Source: Octopus vulgaris (lineage: Eukaryota). From it: a DNA stretch of 64,000 bases. The position numbers and the translations under genes were made by a program. The notes below the pieces were generated by a model. The model was not told where the DNA came from and did not search any database. It worked only from the letters and a program-made list of their open reading frames with translations. The stretch's first letter is position 1. The number at the start of each line of letters is the position of its first letter. Below are positions 51,358-64,000 of the stretch, piece by piece. The stretch is from assembly GCA_951406725.2 (NCBI GenBank), contig OX597842.1:15934001-15998000 (forward strand). Direction: 5' to 3'.

Positions 51358-52039
51358 TATAAATAATGAGGGAGATAAATTCAATATTAATTTAATTAAT
51401 ATCAATTTAAATGTTTTGCGTTGTAAATGTATTAGTATATTGTTAATTAGAGTAATTATGAAATAATATTCACCAAATTGGAAGTGTTTCGAATTCAGCC
51501 TGAAGTTTTTCTGTCTCTTGAATGTTCACAATATTCAAACAGCAGAGAGATTTTTGACTTCTGCAACGGTCGCTACGCAATTATGAAATGCCAGGACGAA
51601 GATTATAAACGTGTGGGTGTTAGTTTGTTCTGTGCGTGTATCTTTGTTTAAACGTGTCTATGTGTAAGTATGTATGTTGTACTGTCATGGTATATGGTGT
51701 ATGTGTGTATATATGTCCGTAGTGTGAATGTATTCTTGATTAAAGGTATATGTGTGTATATTGCAGCGTGTCTGTTAGCGAGTAAACAGAGACTACCAGT
51801 CTCAAATAACCACATACTGAATAATATCTCTCCCGCAACTCCTATTCGTAGCTACATTCTTTCTTTCTTTCTCTCACTCTCTCTCTCTCGCTCTCTGTCA
51901 TCAACAACGTGGCCACCACCACCACAATCAGTCCACCCATTTCCATACAGACATTTCATCTTTGTAAACAAATCTTTTTTTTCTATTTTGTATACGGAAA
52001 AAAGTTCAAACAATGATATATTTAAATTCATATATACAC

Positions 52040-52622
52040 ACACAAACACATTCATACATACAGACATACATGCATACATACTTACATGCATGCATGCAGG
52101 CATACATACATAAATACATACATACATGCATGAATGCATGCATGCATACATACATGCATGCATACATACATATATACATACATACATGCATGCATGTACA
52201 CATGCATACATACATACTTGTATGCATACATGCATACATACATACATGCATACATAGATGCATGCATACACAAATACATACATGCACGTATGCATGCATA
52301 CTTACATACATACATGCATGCATACATAATTGCATGCATGCATACATACCTACATACATACATGCATACATACATGCATACATACATGCATGCATACATA
52401 CATGCACACATACATACTTGCATACATGCATACATACATACATACATGCATACATACATGCATGCAAACATACATACATGCATGCATACATAATTGCATG
52501 CATGTATACATACAGGCATGCATACATACATACATACATACATACATACATGCATGCATGCATACATACATGCATACATACATTCATACATACATTCATG
52601 CATGCATTCACACATAAATACA

Positions 52623-52658
<36 letters not shown>

Positions 52659-52660
52659 TA
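52040..52660. repeat. (TACA/TGCA)n compound microsatellite
   Basis: Direct reading. Confidence 0.9.
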
Positions 52661-52774
52661 TATAAATAATGAGGGAGATAAATTGAATATTAGTTTTAAT
52701 TAAGATCAGTTTAAAACCAGTAGCCTAGCATATAAAAGTCTGAAAAATCTGAGAAAATTATAATACATGTGTAT

Positions 52775-52945
52775 ATTAAGGGCTAAACATCGGTATGTGG
52801 ACAGCCATATGTTAGAAATAGATCACCTATTATCAAACTACAAAGAAAGAATGTTCTCTAGGGAACATTCTTTCTTTGTAGTTTGATCGTAGGTGATCTA
52901 TTTCTAGCACATAGCTGTCCACAAGGTGATTTTTAGCTCTTAATG
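52775..52945. repeat. Imperfect palindrome (~80-bp arms); paralog at 61960-62085
   Basis: ...ctacaaagaaagaatgttc-tcta-gggaacattctttctttgtag... Confidence 0.8.
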
Positions 52946-52960
52946 TACACATGTACATTT

Positions 52961-53007
<47 letters not shown>

Positions 53008-53008
53008 C

Positions 53009-53056
<48 letters not shown>

Positions 53057-53064
53057 TATACACC

Positions 53065-53108
<44 letters not shown>

Positions 53109-53114
<6 letters not shown>

Positions 53115-53205
53115 ATTAGGGTTCAGCGAAGATTTGCTTTACCACATACGCAGTTCAGAAACTTCGGTATGTGGTAAAGCAAATCTTCGCTGAACCCCAA
53201 TTATA
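53109..53205. repeat. Palindrome (~42-bp arms) beside (TA)n, probably an inverted PLE terminus
   Basis: gggttcagcgaagatttgctttaccacatac / gtatgtggtaaagcaaatcttcgctgaaccc. Confidence 0.8.
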
Positions 53206-53329
53206 AAGTATTACTTAAGTTTATCGTGAAATGGTCCTTTTTTCATGCCGAATTCTACTTGGTGAAATTATTAATTACGTCTTAATTAATTAATTTTACC
53301 CTTTCTTATTATATATATGTATATATATG

Positions 53330-53362
<33 letters not shown>

Positions 53363-53844
53363 TTATATATATATATATATATACATTTATATATATGAAA
53401 TTTATAGAAAAAACAAAAGCCGGAGTCAGGTGTAGGAATAATAAGCAAGTGTATTAGTTTGATATTCCGGAAAAATACATGTGTGTGTGTATGCGGATGT
53501 GTGTGTGTATATGTGTGTCTATGTCTCTGCGTTTGTGGTTGTTTCCTCCTCGTCACCACTTAACAACCGGTATTGGTGTGTGTACGCCTCGTAACTTAGC
53601 GGTTTGGTAAATAAGACCGATAGAACACGTACCAGATTATTTCTAAAACAAATCAGTTCTATTTGTTCCACTAAAACACTTCAAGGTGTTGCTCTAGCAT
53701 GGCCGCACTCAAAAAAGGGAAACATGTAAACGAATAAAAGAATATATACACACTTATATACACACACAGACGTACGCAAACACACATACCTTTTTCGGAA
53801 GAGTTGTGATCACCTTGAATATTGTATAAACTAAGCTCATTTTG

Positions 53845-54910
53845 TGGAGGCACATGGCCTGGTGGCCAGAGCAGCGAACTTGCGGTCGAGGGTCGAGTGT
53901 CGCTGGTTCGATTCTCAGACCAGGCTATATGTGTGTTTATGAGTGGAACACCTCAGAAGGCAATGGAGAACTTCTGATGATTCTTTCACCACAACTTTCT
54001 CTCACTCTTTCCTCCTGCATCTTGCAGCTCACCTGCGACGGACCGGGGTTTCGTCAAAGTGGGGAACCTATACGCCAAGGAAACCGGGAAACCGGTCCTA
54101 TGAACCAGGCATTGCGTGAGAAGGAACAAACAAGTTCAGTATTATTATTATTAATATTATTCTGGTCATTCGTCTGTCTTTACGTTCTGAGTTCAAATTC
54201 CGCCGGGGTCGACTTTGCCTTTCATCCTTTCGGAGTCGGTAAATTAAGTACCAGTTGCGTACTGGGGTCGATCTAATCGACTGGTCCCCTCCCCTTGTGT
54301 CTAGAGTAGACAAGAAAAGAATCATGTAAGGCGGCCAGCTTGCAGAATCGTTAGCACACCGGACCAAATGCTTAGCAGCATTTCGTCCGTCTTTACGTTC
54401 TGTGTTCAAATCCCACTGATGTTGACATTTCCTTTCGATAAGATAAGAAGCCTCTGAGATCTGTGGTCGAAATAATCGATATAGCCCCCTCCCAAAACCT
54501 ATCAGCTTTCTACCAAAACTTGAAATTCTTATCACTAAATTGAAGATGGAAACTAGGGAGAATCCTTACCGTAACAGGATGCTTATGTCATCTCTTCCTG
54601 ATCTTTAAGTTCTGAGTTCAAATCCTACTGAGGTCAACTTTCCTTTCATCTTCCAGGGATCAATAAAATAGGTATCAGTTGTGTACTGAGGTCGATGAAA
54701 TCAACTTTCTCCTTTCTAACAAAATTGTAGGCCTTGTGCCTAGATTAGAAAGGATTGTCATTTATTGAGTCGGAGAAAATGATTAACAACCTTTTTTACC
54801 GGCTCATTACGTTCTGAGTTCAAATGACACCAAGGTTGACTTTGTCCGCCATCCTTTAAGGGTCAATATATTAAGAAATAGTCAAGTCCTGAGGTCGATG
54901 TGATCAACTT
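53845..54910 (+). mobile_element. Cluster of tRNA-derived SINEs
   Basis: A/B-box-like head at 53845-53920 (TGGCCTGGTGG..GGTTCGATTC); four copies of GTTCTG(A/T)GTTCAAAT at about 54180, 54395, 54610, 54810. Confidence 0.75.
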
Positions 54911-55418
54911 GCTATTTCGTGTGTGTGTGTGTTTGTGTGTGTAGTTTTGTATGTGTGTGATTTTGTGAGCGTCAGCGCACATGCACAAGGCTGAATTAGC
55001 GAAATAACGATACCACTATTACGAAATGTGTTAACATTCCAGAACCATAATTAGGATTGTACACACAAACACACACACGCACGCAGACACATATATCTGG
55101 AGCCTTGTTGTACTGAGGTATACTCAACCTCCACAGAAGAAGTATTACGGCCCTACCCTGACAAACAGAACTGGCCTGCCGATGCCACGTATAAATCACA
55201 CATACAGGCGGCACCTATGAGCTCTCATTCCGGTGTCACACGAAAAGTAGACACCACACGCTGTGGAGTGGTTGGTGTTAGGAAGGGCATCCAGCCCTAG
55301 AGACAATTCCAAGCCAAACTAGACTGGAACCTAAAGCAGTTTTATGGAGTGCCACCTTTAGCAGAAAAAAACTGTGCAGCCCATTCCAGTTTCGAAAACG
55401 GACGTTAAATGATGACAG

Positions 55419-56262
<844 letters not shown>

Positions 56263-57703
56263 TATGTTTGTGTATGTATGCATTTATATAAGATTGAGCT
56301 TATGAGGAAGACCTGTTCATAGTATCTAGTCTTAAGTGAAATACAGCCAAATCTCCTAGTGACACCTTACTGTATTTTGTATGTAGGTAGGTACATAAAT
56401 GTGCTGTATGTATGCATGGTAATTAATGAGGCAGAGTAAATATAGCAGAGACCATAGTCTCACAACTTATGAAGGAGATTTAGATGAGAAGAATAGAAAC
56501 GGTATATTACTGGTACTTAATGTATTTAACAAGCGTGGAAAGTTAATCCAAACAATATGTCATGGGTGGAGTGTCTTGGATACTATTTTTGATGGATCAT
56601 GGTGGAATTTGGATTACAACTACACCAATACCACCCTTCGTCTGCAAAATGCATCACCACTGTCACTATGACCCCAACCACCATCACTTCCACAAAACTA
56701 CACTACCAACACCACCACTAGTACCTATACCACCGCCACTGGCCTCTTCATCAACACTACCACAGCCACAACTACCACCACCCTACATATTTCTGCTCAG
56801 TCCAACTCTACCTTTTATTCAAATGCTTTACCTTGGGCCCTTAATGGAATAAGCGCAATACCATGTTGGGGCAGGTTTTTCTACTAGTTTATTTATTGAC
56901 CCTCAAGAATTTAATTTCAGTTGGATTTGATCTCAGAACAGAGAGAGCCGGAGCAATTAATTCAAAGTTGTCAATTGTCCACCGTGATGACTCGATAGAA
57001 AAAGCAGCGAAACCTCACTCAACTCACACCCTGATATCATAAGAAAGAAAGGATTTTGTGAACTATGTGATTTTATCATGACCCTCACCCAAAAGAGTGG
57101 ATGGTAATGGCTAGAATGTTTTCTACATTAGAGATTATTTCAGAGCATCACCGAGGATTAGAACTCACTTCTAAAAAGCAAGTGTTCACTAGAAATAGCG
57201 CAAGAGGTGACGTGGCCTCATTTCACCCACCACACATCTAACCAGTTCAGTATGGTTGCTGCTCGATGAAGACATAAACATCCGGGACAATATATCTGTG
57301 GCTGTAATACTGTCATTTGATCAGCTAAATGGGAAGGATGACAGCAACAATGACAACGCCAACAATATCACACGCAAAACAGCAGCAAGATATATAACGT
57401 TAATTTTAGACAGGATCATTTTTCCTAAAATAATGAGTAGTGAATAAAGAACACTCCCGAGGTAATTTGATATCGTCATCGAATATTGCCACACCTGAGA
57501 TGTCAGTCACGCAGTCACTGTGATTTCATTCAATATAATATTGTGTTACACTCTTCTATCATATTTTGTTATGCAACAATCAATTTCGAACCCATTTTCT
57601 TTTTTTTGTGTTCGTTTAAAAAATTTCAAGAATTTTCATCCTAATTTGAAATGCCAGACAAAATACTGAATCGGAAAACTGATAAATTGAAATCTTGTGA
57701 TGC

Positions 57704-57738
<35 letters not shown>

Positions 57739-58018
57739 GGTATGTATGTATGTATGTATGTATGTATGTATGTATGTATGCATGAATGTATGACTTATAT
57801 ATGTTTGAGTGTATGTATGCATATGTGTGTATGCATGTCTTTTCCATATGTGAAGAGAGAGAGAAAGAAGGATAAGGAAAGATGAAATTAAGCAAATGAG
57901 ACATCTTAGGAGACATATACAAATTAATCATCCATGTAAATAGAAACAAAACACTGAAATTTTTCAGACGATGAAATTCCAAGTATATATATATATATAT
58001 ATATATATAAATATATAT

Positions 58019-58444
58019 ATCACAATCAAGGAACGGCCATAATAGGCCATTCACCCACTAGAAATAACAGCCAAAGCTTCAACCGCAAAATAACATTAAT
58101 TCCGCAAACCAGGAGAAAATTAAAAAACATTTACCCTGTAATTTCTTATACGATGCACCGTTTCATCTACTGTTTAATGGTAAACTAACCTGATTAAATT
58201 ACATTTCTGATTAAATTTCTTACTGACGAATCTAAGGGCCTATGGAAGATTGGCTTGATTTAAATTTAATCAGGTTAGTTTACCATTAAACAGTAGATGA
58301 AACGGTGCATCGTATAAGAAATTACAGGGTAAATGTTTTTTAATTTTCTCCTGGTTTGCGGAATTAATGTTATTTTGCGGTTGAAGCTTTGGCTGTTATT
58401 TCTAGTGGGTGAATGGCCTATTATGGCCGTTCCTTGATTGTGAT
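58019..58444. mobile_element. Penelope-type pLTR fold-back (~180-bp perfect inverted arms)
   Basis: 58019-58200 is the reverse complement of 58263-58444; absent from paralogous copies. Confidence 0.8.
58214..58323 (+). ncRNA. Type I hammerhead ribozyme with long stem II
   Basis: AATTTCTTA-CTGACGA-ATCTA..(hairpin)..TAGAT-GAAA-CGGTGCATC-GTA-TAAGAAATT; 9-bp stem I, GUA site. Confidence 0.78.
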
Positions 58445-58710
58445 GTTGAACTTATAAATGGTCTATGACTATTTAATTTTTTCCCACTAGGCCGCTGGTG
58501 GCAAAAAAATTCTACAAAATTTTTTTTGCCACCCTATATTGATTAATTATAAATATATATATATATATATATATAGATAGATACATACATACATACATAC
58601 ATTCATATATACATACTTAAATACATACTTACATACATACATACATACATACATACATTCATATATACATACTTAAATACATACTTACATACATACATAC
58701 ATATACACAA

Positions 58711-58764
<54 letters not shown>

Positions 58765-59009
58765 GCATGTATATTTCTACAGATATATATGTATTTAAAA
58801 GAATATATACACACATATATATATTATGTATGTATTTATATAAGCATGTATGAATGTTTATATATATATACATATGTCTGTGTGTATGTGCGTATATATG
58901 TTTATATATAGGTATATGTATGTTTATGTACGTATATAAGCATGTATGCATGTTTATATATATATAGACATATGTATGTGTGTGCGTATATAAGTATGCA
59001 TACATGTAT

Positions 59010-59400
59010 AGGCGCAGGAGTGGCTGTGTGGTAAATAGCTTGCTTACCGACCACATGGTTCTGGATTGAGTCCCACTGCGTAGCACCTTGAGCCAGTGTC
59101 TTCCTCTATAGCATCGGGCCGGCCGAAGCCTTGTGAGTGTATTTGGTAGACGGATGCTGAAAGAAGCCCGACGTATATTTGTATATATATGTATGTGCAT
59201 GTATGATTATGTGCCTGTGTTTGTCCCACTAGCATTGCTGGACAACCGATGCTGGTGGGTTTTTGTCCCCATCACATGGCGGTTCGGCAAAAGAGACCGA
59301 TACTGGGCTTACAAAGAAAAAGTCCCGGAGTCGATTTGCTCGACGAAAGTCGGTGCTCCAGCATGGCTGCAGTCAAATGACTGAAACAAGTAAAAGAGTA
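59010..59400 (+). mobile_element. tRNA-derived (CORE-like) SINE
   Basis: Same family as 31370-31535. Confidence 0.75.
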
Positions 59401-59502
59401 AAAAGGAGTGAAAGAGTATGTATGTGTATATATGTACATATATATGTATGTACGTACACATATATGTATATATATATATCTGTATGTATGTACGTATGTA
59501 TG

Positions 59503-59543
<41 letters not shown>

Positions 59544-59557
59544 GTATATATATATAT

Positions 59558-59600
<43 letters not shown>

Positions 59601-59679
59601 GCATGCGTGCACGTATATATATGCATGCATGTATATATACATATATATATATATACATATATATGCATGTGTAACTTAT

Positions 59680-59732
<53 letters not shown>

Positions 59733-59923
59733 ACAGAGAGAGAGAGAGAGAAAGAGAGAGAAAGAGTGTTCCGAAACTAAGCCAACCGAATATTCGTGCT
59801 TAAATGATTATAAATGTGATGAGATGTAAAAATCATACATCATTATAAAAGTTTTGTGTCCCTTCTTTTTATTGCAGACTAAAGAACTAATAAAGATTTA
59901 TAAATTAAGGGCTAGTCTCTTAA

Positions 59924-59958
<35 letters not shown>

Positions 59959-60840
59959 ATAAACGGAACACCAACTTTTCAATTATTATTCACCTCTTTT
60001 TCCTTTACAAATCTACACTTTTATATAATCATTTTATTTCGTCATCTATTCTGCTGGTAATTCCAGAGAAAGTAGCAATACTTTCTAAATTTAAAGCAAG
60101 TTATTACATAGACTATTGTTTCAAATACAGTATATAAATATAACATCTAAAAATATATTTAAAATCTAATCTTTTAAGACTTCAGAGAATTTCTAAGTCT
60201 TGAAATGTCAGGATACAATTTATGAAGTTGAAATATTCAAACATTGCCGTAATTTTTATAATTAATAAACATTTTCGAAATTTAACAATTATTTTAGTTT
60301 CAAATATATTAAAGATATGGTTTCTGTTGTTGAAGTTTAATTCTCGTCTTGTAACCCTATGGACTAAGACGCTCTTGCCATGACTTGTCATTGTCTAACA
60401 TGTTGAATTCATGCAGTAGTTTAGAAACTCCGCTGTGCGTTAGTAATAGAGTTTATAATAATTCTAGACAATGTGGTGGAATTCTCAGAACCCATCCATG
60501 TGATAAATAATGTTTCAGATTATGAGAAAACATATTTAATGCATTCCACATTAAAATGTTAACATAGTATAAAGATGTGGAGACAGAAATGTAAGCGGTC
60601 AACCACTTTTAATATGTTTAAACAATTCATACTGTTTTCTACAAGATGTAAATATTATTTAAATTACTAGAGCAATTACATTTAGATGCAAAATTAAATG
60701 AATATTAAAACAGAAAACGTTTTAAAGAACGAAAGAAAGGATCAATTAAATGAGTCGTTAAAGAAATTTACAATTTCACTTCAGAATTAGAAATTCACTG
60801 GAAACTACATAAAATAGTGTATAATTAGATGAATATTTTC

Positions 60841-60877
<37 letters not shown>

Positions 60878-61786
60878 CATTTCTTTAATTTTCATCGAAT
60901 AATTTTTTGCCGTAGTTATAACTGGACAATATTTGACTATAAATATTATACTTGTAATTTAATGCTTGTAAAATTTTAAAAAGTTTAAAAGTTTCTAGTC
61001 AATAAAATACTGCCGGAATATAAAACAATTTATCATAGAGATATATTTAAGTTTGAAATAGCTCTAATAAATATTTTGCTATGTAAATGTGTTAGTATAT
61101 TGTTAGTTAGAGTAATTATGAAATAATATTCACCAAATTGAAAGTGTTTCGAATTCAGGCTGAAGATTTTTTTCTGTCTCTTAAATGTTCAGAACATTCA
61201 AACAGCAGTGAGATTTTTGACTTCTGCAACGGTCGCTACGCAATTATGAAATGCCAGGACGGAGATTATAAACGTGTGGGTGTTACTTTGTTCTGTGCGT
61301 GTATCGTTGTTTAAACGTGTGTATCTGTAAGTATGTATGTTGTACTGTCATTGTATATGATGTATGTGTGCATATATGTGTGTAGTGTGAATGTATTTTG
61401 ATTAAAGTTATGTGTGTATATTGTAGCGTGTGTGTTAGCGTGTGTGTTAGCGAGTAGACAGAGACTACCTGTCTCAAATAACTACACAATGAATAATATG
61501 TCTCCCGCAACTCCTATTCGTTGCTACATTCTTTCTCTCTTTCTCTCTCTCTCTTTCTTGCAATCTCTTTCTCTCTCTCTCTCTCTTTCTCTCTATACGT
61601 CCTCACCATGTGGCCACACAATCATCACCACCACAATCAGTTCGCCCATTTCCATACAAACATTTTATCTTCGTAAACAAATCATTTTTTTTCTATTTTT
61701 TTATACAGAAAATGTTCAAACCTTAATATTTAAATTCATACATACACACACAAACACATACATACATACATACATACATACATACA

Positions 61787-61822
<36 letters not shown>

Positions 61823-62112
61823 TATATATATCTTAACAATGAGGGAGATAAATTGAATATTAATTTAATTAATATCAATTTAAAATCAGTAGCCTAGCAT
61901 ATAAAAGTCTGAAACATCCGAGAGAATTCTAATACATGTGTATTTTAAGAGTTAAAAACCACTATGTGGACAGCCATATGCTAGACATAGATCACTACAA
62001 AGAAAGAATGTTCTCTAGTGAACATTCTTTCTTTCTAGTTTGATTGTAGGTGATCTATTTCTAGCTTATGGCTGTCCACATGGTGGCTTGTAGGCCTCCA
62101 TATACACACGTG

Positions 62113-62176
<64 letters not shown>

Positions 62177-62196
62177 TGAAATTAAACAGCTACATC

Positions 62197-63607
62197 TACA
62201 CCAATACCAGTCTTCGTCTGCAAAACGCATCACCACTGTCACCATAACCCCAAACATCATCACTTCTACAAAACTACACTACCAACACCACCACTAGTAC
62301 CTAAACCACCGACACTGCCCTTATCAACAACACTACCAAAGCCACAACTACCACAACCCGACATATTTCTGCTCAGTCCAACTCTACCTTTTATTCAAAT
62401 GCTTTACCTTAGGCCCTTAATAGAATCAGTGCAGTAGCGTGGTGGGGAAGATTTTTCTACTAGTTTATTTATTGACCCTCAAAGAATTTAATTTCAGTTG
62501 GATTTGATCTCAGAACAGAGAGAGCCAGAGCAATTAATTCAAAGTCGTCAATTGTCCACCGTGATTACCCGGTCGAAAAAGCAGCTAAACCTCACTCAAC
62601 TCACACCTTGATATCATAAGAAATAAAGGATATTGTGAACTATGTGATTTTATCTTGACCCTTACACAGAAGACTGGATGGTAATGGCTAGAATGTTTTC
62701 TACATTAGAGATTATTTCAGAGCACCACCTAAGATTAGAACTCACTTCTACAAAGCAAGTGTTCACTGGAATTAGCGCAAGAGGTGACGTGGCCTCATTT
62801 CACCCACCACACATCTAACCAGTTCAGTATGGTTGCAGCTCGATGAAGTCATAAAATACCCGGGACAATATATCTGTGGCTGCAATACTGTCATTTGATC
62901 AGCTAAATGTGAGGGATGATAGCAACAATGACAAAGCCAAAAATATCACACACGCAAAACACCAGCAGGATATATCAAGATAACAATCGGTAATTCTAGA
63001 CAGGATCAGTTTTCTTTAAAAAATGAGTAGTGAATAAAGAACACCCCTGAGGTAATTTGATATCGTCATCGAATATTGCCACACCTGAGATGTCAGTCAC
63101 GTTGTCACTGTGATTTCATTCAATATAATATTGGTTTACACACTCTGCTATTATATTTTGTTATGCAACAATCAATTTCGGACCCGTTTTTTATTTTGTG
63201 TTCGTATAAAATATTTCAAGAATTTTTATCCTAAATTGAAATGTCAGACAAAATACTGAATCGGAAAAGTGATAAATTGGAATATTGTGATGCATATGTA
63301 TGTATGGGTGTATGTATATAAGTATGTCTGTCTGTATGTATATATGTGTGTATGTATGTATGTATATATGTATGTATGTATGTATGCATGTATGTATGAC
63401 GAATGTATATATGTTTGAGTGTATGTATGCATATATATATATGTATGTCATTTCCATACGTGAAGAGAGAGAGAGAGGGAGAGATGGATAAGGAAGGATG
63501 ATATTAAACAAATGAGACCCTTGTGTATGAGGTGGCATATACAAATATTCATCCATGTAGATAGAAAGAAACAAAACACTGAATGTTTACAAACGGGGAA
63601 ACTCCAA

Positions 63608-63694
<87 letters not shown>

Positions 63695-63798
63695 TAGATA
63701 GATACATACATACATACATATAATTATATATATATATATAAATATATATATATATCTAAGCATGTAGGTATCTACAGATATATATGTATGTATGTTTG

Positions 63799-63832
<34 letters not shown>

Positions 63833-63964
63833 CATATGTATGTGCGTGCGTATATATGTATGTATATATGTATATATATATATGTATGTATGTATAAATA
63901 TATATGTACGTATATATGTATATATTTATATATATATATATGTATGTACGTAAATACTTATGAA

Positions 63965-63997
<33 letters not shown>

Positions 63998-64000
63998 TTA
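62197..64000. repeat. Segmental duplication copy 3 (runs off the window)
   Basis: 62197 onward is colinear with 56621 onward. Confidence 0.9.

Larger units (their letters stand above)
48000..52950. repeat. Segmental duplication copy 1 (~5 kb)
   Basis: 48001 matches 56910 and 62487; 50041 matches 59770; 51541 matches 61203; 52680 matches 61850. Confidence 0.9.
56620..62090. repeat. Segmental duplication copy 2
   Basis: Colinear with 48000-52950 and 62197-64000, with different insertions. Confidence 0.9.

Noticed and set aside
53845-53925. tRNA gene
   Set aside because: A/B-box-like head continues into SINE body; no convincing cloverleaf
60182-60391. 69-aa ORF in the segmental duplication
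   Set aside because: Not preserved in the paralog at 50420-50640 (indels); no recognisable domain

Overview
AT-rich, microsatellite-dense animal genomic DNA. The SINE and LINE repertoire looks like a coleoid cephalopod (Octopus-like); this is inferred from recognised repeat types, not from a search. Most ORFs in the track are microsatellite artefacts. The one host gene I can support is a minus-strand leucine-rich-repeat (LRR) gene. A signal peptide + LRRNT exon (28825-29026) is followed by a ~14.5 kb array (7284-21790) of eight ~1.8-2.3 kb units. Seven units carry exactly one 72-bp phase-2/phase-2 exon encoding one 24-aa LRR. The exons are of two types (A: NLAEN..., B: DLSYN...), arranged as a duplicated trimer (ABB-ABB-B). 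Every codon that differs between A and B changes the amino acid, mostly on the predicted ligand-binding face. One copy has a dead splice donor, and the eighth unit has lost its exon almost precisely. The rest of the window is transposon-derived: R4/Dong-like LINEs in (TAA)n, Tx1/L1-like LINE fragments, Penelope-like elements (one near-complete with inverted terminal repeats), several minimal hammerhead ribozymes including a U3-A8 core variant, a hAT/Charlie transposase relic and MITE, a Helitron, SINEs and fold-back palindromes. There is also a ~5 kb three-copy segmental duplication at 48-64 kb.
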